A DNA stretch of 64,000 bases from Anaeramoeba ignava BMAN (Eukaryota; Protista; Anaeramoebae), in the NCBI GenBank assembly GCA_028826165.1, contig JAPDFW010000070.1, forward strand, positions 1,302,001 to 1,366,000. The letters are read 5' to 3'. The notes under the pieces are model-generated. The model saw only the letters and a program-made list of their open reading frames with translations. It was not told the DNA's origin and did no database searches. The position numbers were made by a program, and so were the translations under genes. Below, piece after piece: positions 1-12,500 of the stretch (its first letter is position 1; each line of letters begins with the position of its first letter).

Positions 1-138
1 ATAATATTCAACAATATCAAGAAATACGGAAATTAATTCAAAAATTATAATTTTGTTAATTATTTTGATTTAACTCAATTTAAAAATTTAAAAATTAAAA
101 GAAAAAGAAAAAGAAAAAAGAATTAATTTTGATTTTCT

Positions 139-3100
139 TTAATAATTTTGATTTTGTTCTTCTTTGAAGAAATTTTCTTTCCAAATCTTTGTTCGATCTT
201 TCACAGTTTTTTTTAAATTTCCAAATTCATGACTATTTGGTTTTAAAATATTCTCAATAAAATTCTTTAATTGTTTTGAATGTTCTTGATGAATGTTCCA
301 TTGATAAAGAACAGAATTAGTAAATGAATTAATAGCATCTTCATTTGAAGAAATTGGGAAAGACATGAGTGTTATAATTAACTTTTGAGAAGGAGAAATT
401 CTTGAAAGTAAAATACGAATTTGATTTAAAATTTCATGATAAAATTCAAATGAAGAAGATTCAATTTGAAGAGAATTATTTAATTCCAATAAAGAATATT
501 TTTCATTTTCATTTTCATTTTCATTTTCTTTTTCTTTTTCATTATCTTTATCTTTATCTTTTTCCTTTTCCTTTTCTTTTTCATCTTCATTTTGATTTTC
601 ATTATTTTCTAAAGAATCAATATCCATAAATTTCCTTAATATTTCATTTGATTTTTCCATTTTTTTCTTCAATTCCTCAATTTTTTTTTCTGTTTTTAAT
701 GAAATGTAATCCAACAAAATCAAACAAACATTTTCAATTTTTGAAATTTGATTTGAAAACTCTGCTTGGAAAAAATTCCATAAAATATTTTGTTCATAAG
801 AATTCAATAACTCGATTGATTTCTCAAAAATTTGGATTAAATTTTTTTGTTTTGTTCCAAAAATCTTAATTTTGGTTAATAAAAGTAATTTTTGAATTTC
901 AAACTGGAGTTTTGGATCTAAAAATTGAACAATCAAAAAAATCATCTCAAATTGGCCAATAATTTTATTTGTAATTTGGGTTTGTTTTGAAGTTAAGCAT
1001 GCGACAAAAACTTGGAAAAGTAAATCTGGATCTTGTTGTCCTGCAAATTTGAAATCATAGAACAAAAGTGAATAACTTTGTTCAGAAGAATTTTCGCCAA
1101 AATAAAAGGAAATTTTGGGAAGCATTGATTTTTCTGAAAGAATAAATAGAAGAATTCTTGCTCCAAATTTTTTGTCTATTCGTCTAAAATTTTGAATTAA
1201 ATTTTTTAGAGTTCCGTTATCTTTTTCATATGAAAAAATTAAGGATAAAAACAAATGAGTAATTTTTTGATAAGACAATAATTTGCAACTTGCAATGGTA
1301 TTAAAAATAAACTGGAACACTAATTCTTGGTTTGCTTGATTTGCTTCTGATGACAGAAACTTTTTTTTTGAAACTCGAAAAAAATCTGTGATTAAATGAT
1401 GAATTTCTTTTGATTTTGTTTTTTCGTTTAAAGAAGGGAAGTTATCAATAATTTTGGAAAATTTTTCTCTAAAAGTAGAAATTGTTTCTGTCAAGTTTTC
1501 TTGATGATTTTTCTCCATATTATGTTTTTTCTCTTTTGTTTTAGAATTAGAAATGATTTCTTTTAATCCTCTTTTTCTTGATTTTGAATTATCATTTTCT
1601 AATTCCATTGGATTTATTTTCTGTTGATTTTGTTTTTCGTCTTGAGAAGAGTTTAAAACTGATCCAAAAATATTTTTAAATTTTGATTTGAGAGAATCGT
1701 GAAGAACTTCTGAAGAAAACAGCTGTTCAAATTGAATGAATCTAAAGAGAAAGAAAGTGTAAAAAGTTACAAATTTTCTTTTTTAAAAAAATTTAAAATT
1801 TACGAAATGACTCTTTTGTCAAGAGATTGTTTAAAAGCTTCAATTATAGATTGTTTTGTGTGAATTTTTATGGATTCATTAGGTTCATAAAAAATACCAA
1901 AATCACAAAGAAAATCCATTAATTGTGAAGTGATATCGAAATATTTTGGAATTGAAAAGATCATTAATAAAAGAGCAGGTTCTTTTAAAATATATATAAA
2001 AAAATCAAGAATAAAAATATATAAAAGAATCAATGTAAGTTTAAAATGACTATTTTTGGATAAATACCAATATCCATAATTATCTCTTGAGAAGGATCAA
2101 AAAATAACCAATCATAAAATAAAGCAATTTTTGCTTGATGTTGAATTTTTGAAGACTATATTTAAAAAATTTATATTTAATTTTTTATATTTATAATTTA
2201 ATTTTTTAAATTTTTATATTTATAATTTAATTTTTTATATTTATAATTTAATTTTTTATATTTACATGAATTGACTTGAGTAACCATCCTATTGTTGCCC
2301 AACGAGTTAAAAATCCTGCATATACAGTTTCAGGTAAAGGATGATAAGCACAACAAACATATCTTATTAAATCAATTATTAATCCTTCTTTTAATTTTAT
2401 TTGTTTATTTGGAAGAGGATCTGAACTTAAATGTTGTGTGAAAAACCATTGTTGATGTCTTCTTTGCATTCCCATTTTAATTTTTTGAACCATGAATAAT
2501 AATTGTGTTTCAATTTTGGGTGTAAGTCTTGATTGAAAACATATTTTTTTGGTTCTTGTGTTTAATATTTTTTCTAGCATTGTTTGACCGGAAGAAAGTT
2601 CTTTTGGGATTGGAACGCTTTTCTTTTTAAATTAATTTGAATTTTAATTTGAATTTATTTTGAATTTATTTTGAATTTATTTTGAATTTGAATTTTATTT
2701 AATTTAATTTAATTTAATTTAATTTGAATTTATTTTTATTTTGAATTTATTTTGAATTTATTTTGATTTAATTTGAATTTATTTTGAATTTGAATTTATT
2801 TTGATTTAATTTGAATTTAATTTGAATTTTGATTTAATTTGAATTTTGATTTAATTTGAATTTGAATTTAATTTAATTTAATTTAATTTAATTTGAATTT
2901 ATTTTTATTTTGAATTTATTTTGAATTTGAATTTATTTTGAATTTTAATTTAAATTTTTTAATTTAATTTGAATTTATTTTGAATTTATTTTTAATTGAA
3001 TTTAATTTTGAATTTAATTTGATTTGAATTTTAATTTGAATTTTAATTTAATTTGAATTTAATTTAATTTAATTTGAATTTTAATTTGAATTGAATTTAT

Positions 3101-4270
3101 TCACATTTGGTAAAAGATTCTCATTATTTGGTTCTTTTATATATTTTAAAAAAATTTCTTCTTTTTTTTTTGAATCTAAATTATAATATTCTTCTTTTGT
3201 TAACAATAATAAATCCCAAATTGGTTTAAATTCTGGAATAGAATTAAGATTTTGAAGTAATCTAATTAAATCTCTGCCAATAGAAAAACAAACATCAGTT
3301 TTTTCTTTTAAAAGCATTAAAGTATAATTAATTTCTTTGTTTTGAATTTGAGAAAGTTCTTTGACACCAATATGATCTGAAATTAGTCTTAAAAATGTAT
3401 AACAAGAGATATAAATAAGCATTTCATAATTAAAAAGCCAAGTTCTTTAAAATATTTTGTTTTAAAAAATTTAATTGAAAAATTTTTAATTTAAAAAATT
3501 TAAAAAATAAATATTACTTTGGACATTCAGTTAAAATTTCTAATAAAGATTGTATTAACCATAAATTTGTATCACTAAGATCACTTCCTATAATTTGTCT
3601 AAGTAATTCTAAAACTAAAAGTTCAGAATCTTTAGCTTCAATCATAACCAATTCTTTGACTAAAAGTAAAAGCTTTAAAATAATAATAAGAATTTAAATA
3701 AGAATTTAAATAAGAATTTTCTTTTTTCTTTTTTCATTTTCTTTTAAGATCATTATTACTTGCATTTTGCAATGTGGATGAAGTTTATAATATTTTTCAA
3801 AAATAATAAATTGAATTGAAGAAATACAAATTGAAAATTGATCTCTTGTTAAAGATGTTAATAATGTAAAATTCTTGAAAGGAAAACAATTTATAAAATT
3901 TAAAAAAATTGTTTTTTGATTTGATTTTTTTTTAAATAACTTTTTTTTTACTTCTTTAAATGCACTTTGACTTGTTAAAATTCCATAAAGTAAAACATTT
4001 ACAACTTGTTTTTCTGATTCAGTTCCACCAAAAACCTATTTTAAAAAATTAAAAAATTAAGAAAATTAAAAAAATTAAAAAAATTTTATTTTTTTGATTT
4101 AAAACTTTTGATTGAAAAATTGAAGCTCTTTCAGTTTCAGTTTTATTTCTAAGTTCTTTTTGAATTAACTCAAAATCTTCTTTTGATTTCTTTTCATATT
4201 CATCATCGGCATCTAAAGGTTGTTTTACAAATAAAGTAATTTTATTTTGTTGTTGTTGAGATTCTTGCAT
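139..4270 (-). CDS. INTS3: Integrator complex subunit 3 / SOSS-A (about 9 exons)
   Basis: Spliced exons give INTS3 motifs FLRLISDH, IGRDLIRLLQN..IPEF..IW, SRLTP.IETQLLF, DLIRYVCCAYHP, RWATIGWLL, KIALFYDWLFFDP and EPALLLM. GT-AG junctions were found between the ORF-track fragments. Confidence 0.9.
2630..3100. repeat. Intronic degenerate AATTT/AATTTG microsatellite (INTS3 intron 2623-3104)
   Basis: Tandem 5-6-mer variants lie between the GT donor (3104) and the AAG acceptor (2623). Confidence 0.9.
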
Positions 4271-4459
4271 AATCTAAATTAATGAAAAAAATAAAAAAAA
4301 TGAAAAAATAAAAATGAAAAAAATGAAAAAAATATTTTTTTTTTGCCTGAAAACAACAAAATAAAACAACAAAAGAAGACGTTCCACTTTTTATTATTAT
4401 TAATTATTTTTTATGTTATGTTTTTTTATGTTATGTTTTTTTATTTCATTTTTCATTTT

Positions 4460-7400
4460 TCATTTTTTTTCTTCTGAATCTCCAAGTAAAGAAGGAATTA
4501 AATTTCCAAAAAGTGAAGCAAAATCTTGTCTTGGAGTTTCAATATCAAAATAAACACGACCTATTTGGTCTACGAATTTAACAAAAGAAGGATCTCTTTG
4601 AAGAGAAGGAAGATATTTTTCACGAAGCATTAAAAACAATTCCTTTGAATCTCTTCTAAGAGTTCTAAAAAGAAAAGTAATAAAATTTAAAAGAGGAGTT
4701 TGAATGTTCATCATATTTGAAACTAATTCTTGAATATAATATTCATATAAAGACTCTGAATCATCTAAATTTGAAAAACACAACATTTGCAAAATTGGTC
4801 TTGCAATAAATAAATCAATTTCTGATTTTGTTCCTTGTTTTGCCCATGTTATTAACATTTTTCCAAATTCTTTTGTTCTTCCTTTTGTTTGTATATAATG
4901 TTTTTGTGATTCTCCGTAATCTTCGTTATTTTCATATATTTTCGCAGTAATATAATGAAGATTTGCATCTCCAAGAATATTTTCTTTTGTTGTTGTCCAT
5001 TTACTATCACAATTAATATAAATTTAATATAAATTTAATATAAATTTAATATAAAATTAATTCAAAATTCAAATTTAATATAAATTTAATTCAAATTTAA
5101 TATAAATTTAATATAAATTTAATTCAAATTTAATATAAATTTAATTCAAAATAAATATAAATTTAATTCAAAATTAATATAAATTTAATTCAAATTTAAT
5201 ATAAATTTAATATAAATTTAATATAAATTTAATTCAAATTTAATATAAAATTAATTCAAATTTAATATAAAATTAATTCAAAATTAATATAAATTTAATT
5301 CAAAATTAATATAAATTTAATTCAAAATTAATAAAATTTAATCAAAAATTAATATAAATTTAATTCAAATTTAATATAAATTTAAATAAAATTTAATATA
5401 AATTTAATATAAATTTAATTCAAAATTAATATAATTTAATTCAAAATTAATATAAATTTAATTCAAAATTAATATAAATTTAATTCAAAAATTAATTCAA
5501 AATTAATATAAATTTAATTCAAAAATTAATTCAAAATTAATATAAATATAATTCAAAATTAATATAAAATTAATATAAATTTAATATAAATTTAATATAA
5601 ATTTAATATAAATTTAATATAAAATTTAATTCAAATTTAATATAAAATTAATTCAAAATTAATATAAATATAATTCAAATTTAATTCAAATTTAATATAA
5701 ATTTAATTCAAATTTAATATAAAAATTAATATAAATTTAATTCAAAATTTAATTCAAATTTAATATAAATTTAATTCAAAAATTAATATAAATTTAATTC
5801 AAAAATTAATATAAATTTAATTCAAATTTAATTCAAATTTAATTCAAATTTAATTCAAATTTAATTCAAAAATAATAATATAAATTTAATTCAAAATTAA
5901 TATAAATTTAATATAAATTTAATATAAATTTAATATATAAATTTAATTCAAATTTAATTCAAAATTAATTCAAAAATTAATATAAATTTAATTCAAAATT
6001 AATACAAATTTAATTCAAATTTAATTCAAAAATTAATATAAATTTAATATAAATTTAATTCAAAAATAAATATAAATTTAAATTCAAAAATTAATATAAA
6101 CATAATTCAAAATTAATATAAATTTAATTCAAATTAATATAAATTTAATTCAAATTTAATTCAAATTTAATATAAATTTATATATATTTAATTCAAAAAT
6201 TAATATAAATTTAATTCAAAATTAATATAAACATAATTCAAATTTAATTCAAAATTAATTCAAAAAATTCAAATTTAATATAAATTTAATTCAAATTTAA
6301 TATAAATTTAATTCAAAAATTAATATAAATATAATTCAAAATTAATATAAATATAATTCAAAATTAATATAAATTTAATTCAAATTTAATTCAAAAATTA
6401 TAAATTTAATATAAACATAATTCAAAATAAATTGTAAATCAAAAATAAATATAAATTTAATATAAATTTAATTCAAAATTAATATAAATTTAATTCAAAA
6501 TTAATATAAATTTAATTCAAATTTAATTCAAAATTAATATAAATTTAATATAAATTTAATTCAAAATAAATTAAATTTAATTCAAAAATTAATATAAACA
6601 TAATTCAAAATTAATATAAATTTAATTCAAATTAATATAAATTTAAAATTCCAAATTTAATTCAAAATTTAATATAAATTTAATATAAAATTTAATATAA
6701 ATTTAATTCAAAAATTAATATAAATTTAATATAAATTTAATATAAATTTAATATAAATTTAATATAAATTTAATATAAATTTAATATAAATTTAATAAAA
6801 AATTTAATATAAATTTAATATAAATTTAATATAAATTTAATATAAATTTAATTCAAAATTAATATAAATTTAATTCAAATTTAATATAAATTTAATTCAA
6901 ATTTAATTCAAATTTAATATAAATTTAATTCAAATTTAATATAAATTTAATATAAATTTAATTCAAATTTAATATAAATTTAATTCAAATTTAATTCAAA
7001 TTTAATATAAATTTAATTCAAAAATTAGTATAAATTTAATTCAAAATTAATATAAATTTAATTCAAATTTAATTCAAATTTAATTCAAATTTAATTCAAA
7101 ATTAGTATAAATTTAATTCAAAATTAATATAAATTTAATTCAAATTTAATTAAAATTTGATTCAAAATTAATATAAATTTAATTCAAATTTAATTAAAAT
7201 TTGATTCAAAATTAATATAAATTTAATATAAATTTAATTCAAAATTAATTCAAATTTAATTCAAAATTAATATAAATTTAATTCAAATTTAATTGTAATT
7301 CAAATAGATTTTATACTCAATTGCATGTTCAATAAAACTTGTTGCTTGAGTTTTTTCTTTTTCTGGAAAACAATCAACAATATTTTCAATTAATTTAATT

Positions 7401-7801
7401 CTGTTCTCATCAGGTTTAATCTTTTCAGAAATGAGGATTTCAATCATTTTAAAGCCTAAAGCAATACCTCCTAAATATTCTCCATTTTGAATTAGCTTAA
7501 TTGATCCACTTGATAACAAATTAATTGCTTGTTCTGTTTCTCCTTTTGATTTAAATCTGCATAGAATTTATTCACATAAATAATATTGTTATGATTTCAT
7601 AATGATTTGTTTTTATTTCATTTTTTATTTCGTTTATTTTATTTTTTTATTTTTTTTGTTTTTTATTTTTTTTTAATTAAAAAATATTATAAATTTTAAA
7701 AAAAAAATATACCGAAAAGCAAGAGAAATATAAAGTTGTTGAGCTCTATAATAATTTTTTTTACGAATTGCTTCTTCAATAGTATTTAAAAAATTACTCA
7801 T
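4460..7801 (-). CDS. GET4: Golgi-to-ER traffic protein 4 (GET4/TRC35), 3 exons
   Basis: Exon 1 reads MSNFLNTIEEAIRKKNYYRAQQLYISLAFR. Later motifs are KW(T)..ENILGDANLH and DLFIARPILQMLC..TPLLNF..LREKYLPSLQRDPSF..VDQIGRVYF. Introns are about 7557-7712 and 5004-7316. Confidence 0.9.
5012..7290. repeat. About 2.3 kb intronic satellite of 11-12-mers AAATTTAATAT / AAATTTAATTC
   Basis: Directly visible tandem array filling GET4 intron 2. Confidence 0.95.
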
Positions 7802-7904
7802 TTTAAAAAGGAAAAAAAAATGAAAAATGAAAAAAAAGAAGAAAAAATTTTTTTTAATTTTTTTTTCATTTTTTTTTCTCCTTTTAAAAAAATTAAAAAG
7901 AAAA
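7802..7904. promoter_or_regulatory. 103-bp bidirectional promoter between GET4 and COPE, with TCATTTT and CCTTT elements facing each gene
   Basis: Divergent ATGs at 7801 and 7905; the motifs mirror each other on the two strands. Confidence 0.65.
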
Positions 7905-9272
7905 ATGCAATTATTTTCAGTTAAAAATCTTTTTTATCTTGGTAACTATCATCAAGCTATTGCTGAAGGGGAAACACTAGAGAATCTTTCTCAAGAACAA
8001 GAACTTGAACGAAATTACTATCTTTACAGGTGTTATCTTGCTATTGGAAATTATCAAACAGTTTTAGATGAAATTAAAGAAAATTCACCAAGTTCTCTTT
8101 TAATAATTAAATTATTTGCATCTTTATTAAGTGATTTTGATTCAAAAAAAGCTGATGTTTTAGATACTTTGGATAAATGGAAAAAATTAAATGAAAATCA
8201 ATCAGATGAAATGTTTAAAATTATTGCTGCTCATATTTTTTGTAATTGTGGTGATATTGATGAAGCTTTAAGAATTATTCATAATGCAAAATCCCTTGAA
8301 GCGTATTTTCTTTAATTAAAATTAATTTATAAAATTAAAATTCATTTATAAAATTAAAATTAAAATTAAAATTAAAATTAAATTTAAAATTAAAATTAAA
8401 ATTAAAATTAAAATTAAAATTAAAATTAAAATTAAAATTAAAATTAAAATTAATTTATAAAATTAAAATTAAAATTAAAAATTAAAATTAAAATTAAAAT
8501 TAAAATTAAAATTAAAATTAAAATTAAAATTAAAATTAAAATTAAAATTAAAATTAAAATATAAAATTAAAATTCATTTATAAAATTAAAATTCATTTAT
8601 AAAATTAAAATTCATTTATAAAATTAAAATTAGTCTTGCTCTTAGAGTTCAGTTATTATTATTAATTCATAGACAAGATATTGCATTACAAGAATTAAAA
8701 AATCTTCAAAAAATTGATGATGATGCAACTTTAACTCAATTAGCAACTGCTTGGATTAATTTAGAAGAGGTTTTTAAATAAAAATTAAAAATTAAAAATT
8801 AAAAATAAATTAAAAATTGGATTGAATTTTTCAAAAAAAAAAAAGGGAAGTGAAAAGATTAAAAATGCAAAGTATATTTTCCATGAATTGTCAGAAAAAT
8901 ATGGTGCAACACATTCTTTACTTAATGGTAAAGCAGTTTGTGAAATGAAAATGGGAAATTTTGAAGAAGCTGAAAAATTATTAATTGAAGCTTTAGAAAA
9001 AGTAATTAAAAAACTAAAAAATAAATTTAAAAAAAAAAGTGGAACAAAAAAAAAATTCGTTTTTAATTCATCTTTTAATTTTTTAGAAACCTAATGATCC
9101 AACTACTTTTTCAAATTATGTTTGTTGTATTCAACATTTACCAAAATCTGATGAATTGATTCAAAGACAAATTAATAAAATGCAACATTTAGATAAAAGC
9201 CATTTTATTATTTCTTCTTATAATAGATTAAGTGAAGAATTTGATAAACTCGCAAATGAATTTAAAATTTAA
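7905..9272 (+). CDS. COPE: Coatomer subunit epsilon, 4 exons
   Basis: [19 protein letters not shown]; [16 protein letters not shown]; [37 protein letters not shown]. Introns are 8303-8633, about 8770-8844 and 9002-9087. Confidence 0.93.
8315..8630 (+). repeat. (AAAATT)n intronic satellite with CATTTATA interruptions
   Basis: Visible in COPE intron 1. Confidence 0.9.
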
Positions 9273-9509
9273 TCATTTTTAAAAGAATTAACAAAAAAAA
9301 TTTAAATAATCATTTTTTCCGTTTTTTTTTTTTCATTCTTTTTCCTTTTTTTCTTTTTCCTTTTTTAAAGAAAATTAAAAAAAAAACAATTTTAAAATAA
9401 TTTCCTTTTTCTTTTTCTTTTTCTTTTTCTTTTTATTTGTTTTTTTGTTCTTAAAAAAAAATATGGACTTTTGAAAAAAAAATAATTTTTTTTTCTTTTT
9501 CTTTTTCTT

Positions 9510-12500
9510 TTAATTCTCAAATAATTTTAATTTTGATAAATAATCAAATTCATTTTCCTTAATTAAATCAATAATTCCTTTAATTTTGTTTTCAAATTCA
9601 TTTTTATTCTCCATTTCTTTCTTGTTAATTTCGAAAAATATTGCTAAAATTTGAAGTAAATTATTAATTTGTTTTTCATCTTTGTTTTTAATTGAAATTT
9701 TAACTTCAATTTTAATAGATGTAATTAAATTTCTAAAATGATCCATTTTTGATTCAGATTTAGAATTTGAAATTAAAGATAAAATTGAATTCATAAATTG
9801 TTTTACATTTTCCATTTCAATTAAATTTGTGTTTTCAAATAAAATTTTTTGATAATTTTTTGAAATTTGAATAATCTTTTCAATATCTTCTTCTTCTTTT
9901 ATAATTTGTGAATTTATAAAGGGATTAATACAAATTTGGAGAATATCAGAATGATTTCCAATTAATTGAATATCTTTTGTTGAAATTTGAAGAATTAAAT
10001 CAATAATTTCAAAAATTTTAGGTTTTTCTTTTGTTTGTTTCAATCCAATATTGATTAAGGATTTAATAAAATCATAATAACCAATAAAATAAACTAATCC
10101 TTTTGAATTCAAATCTCTTTTTAAAAATTGAATTTCTTTTTGTAAAACAAGTGAAGTTTTGGAAGAATCAATTTGAAGAATCAATTCAAGAAGATTTATT
10201 AACGAAATGAAGAAATTTTGGTGGTTAGTTTCTTTTGGATGCCTATGATGGAAATGCAGGATTTTTTTCATTAATTCGATATATTTTTCTTCCCAAAAAA
10301 TGTGTATTTTAGTTTGAAGTTTTTTTGCAGATTCATTATCTTGTGAAAATTGAATTATTAATTGAGAAATTGAGATCATAAGATGAACAGATCTGGAAAT
10401 TGTTTCAAATCCAAATGAATTGAACAAAGGATTCTTGAGAAATGGTATGATAAATTTGGATAAATTTTTACAAAGAGGAATATAAGTGTTTTTTTTTATT
10501 GTAAATCTTTTTTGATTGATTATCTGTTGATAAATTTCTTCATCAGGTTCTGCAAAAATAATTTCCAGTAAATTCAATGATTTTGAGCAAGTATCTTGAT
10601 TTGAATTATTCCAATTTTGTGTCACAATTTGCAGAATTTTCTTTTTGAAAGATGGAAATGATTTGGTGCTCTTTATTATATTAAAAACAACTTCATGTAC
10701 TTTTCCATAAATATTTGAATTTAAATAAAGGGATTTTATTGTCCATTCAAATTGAAAACGATCGAAAAATTCAGTCATGAATTCATTGCTATTCAAACAG
10801 CATTGATAAAGAATAGAATAGAAAGGAAATAAAAAATTGTAATTAAATCCAATAAGTTCTGGTTTTGTTGAATTGAGAGAAAGATGAATTTTAAGAAAGG
10901 AATCTGTTCTTGTTTGGTCTTTGGCAATAAAATCAACAAGATTAGGAATTGTTTTTGTTCCAGAGTAGAAAAGATTGAAAAAATGTAACTTATTCGAATC
11001 AGCATTTTTTTTACATTCTTCAATTTCGATGAACAATTCCCATAATTTTTCAAAATTAGATTCAAGCTTCTCTTTGAGTAAAATATCTTTTTCCAAACAA
11101 TCCAAAAATATATCAAAGTAATAGCAAAGTTTGTATTCATTTTCGTTAATTATTTCTTGCTTAGAACGGGATTTATTTGAATAAAATGCTATTTTGTTAT
11201 CAGCAATGATCAAAGGTATCAATCCAATCAAAAAATCAAAAATTTCAGAAAAAATAGAATGAGGTTCTTGAGAATCATCATGAGACAAATTCAAAAATAA
11301 AGAAACCAGATCATAAGCAATTTTACGTGATTCAAATAATTCTTGTTTGATTAATGAAACAAAAACCCAATCTTCCTTATGTTTGAACATCCACAACAAA
11401 ACGCTCTTATTTTTTTGGCACATTTCAAACAAATTTCTGAAATATTCAATTGTTGTTTCATTTGTTTTTTTCTCTGTTTGTAGGTTTTCAGTAATTTTAT
11501 TCATAACAAATTCAAATTTCCATTCAAATATATCATCTTGCGTTTGAAGAATTGTATTTAATATACTGAAATTTTTCTTTATTGTTTCTGTATCCTCCGC
11601 TGTTTGAATATAACCAAAAACTTTTTTGATTAAATTTCTAAGTTGCATTTTGTCATTAGCCAAAACATTTTTCACAAAATATTCCGAAATTTCAGATCTT
11701 GTTGAATACTGAATAAAATCATCAAAAAATTTGATTTCAAATAACATTTTACGATCTAAATCTGGAATTTTATCAATACCAACTTTGTTGTTTAAAGAAT
11801 TTTCATTTGCAAAAGGGTGTTGACAAAATTTAATTATTAAATTTTCAATCAATTTAATAATTTCTCGGTTTATATCTGAATTTTCTTGATCAATTTTGAT
11901 TTTTTGAATTTTTTCTGTCGATTTGGATTCGATATAAAAATTAATTAAAATGAAGATTAAATGATGAGAAACACAAAAAAGAATTATTGATTCTGAAATT
12001 TGATTTAAGATATTGATTATCATTGAAAATAATTTTCTTGAAATCTCTTTTGTGATGTCTACTTTCAAAAGTGTTTCAATAAATTGATTCAATAATCTTA
12101 TAATTATTGAATTTTCTTTTTCAATTTCAATTTGATTTTCAATTTCTTTTTCTTTTTCAATTTCCTTTTTCTTTTTCTTTTTCTTTTTCAATTTGATTTT
12201 GAATAATTTTGTTAAATAATTTTTCAAATTCTGAAATCATTTCTATATTTGTAATTTCTTGATAAATTCTTGAAAGTAATTGATTTTGGTTATTTAAAAG
12301 TTCTTCAATAAAAATTTCTAAAATTCTTTTATTTTGTGTTTCTAAATTATCATTTTCTTGTTTAGTTAAATTTATAAATGGTTCTAAAATTCCTTCAATT
12401 TTAATTTTTTCTTTGTTTTTTGTTTTTCCAATTATTATCATAAACTCAATATAATGTTTGATAACATTTGATATGTTTTCAATTTTTGTTTTTTCAGAAA

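Noticed and set aside
5012-7290. CRISPR-like or telomeric array
   Set aside because: There are no unique spacers and no G-rich telomeric unit. The array is bounded by splice sites of a continuous gene.
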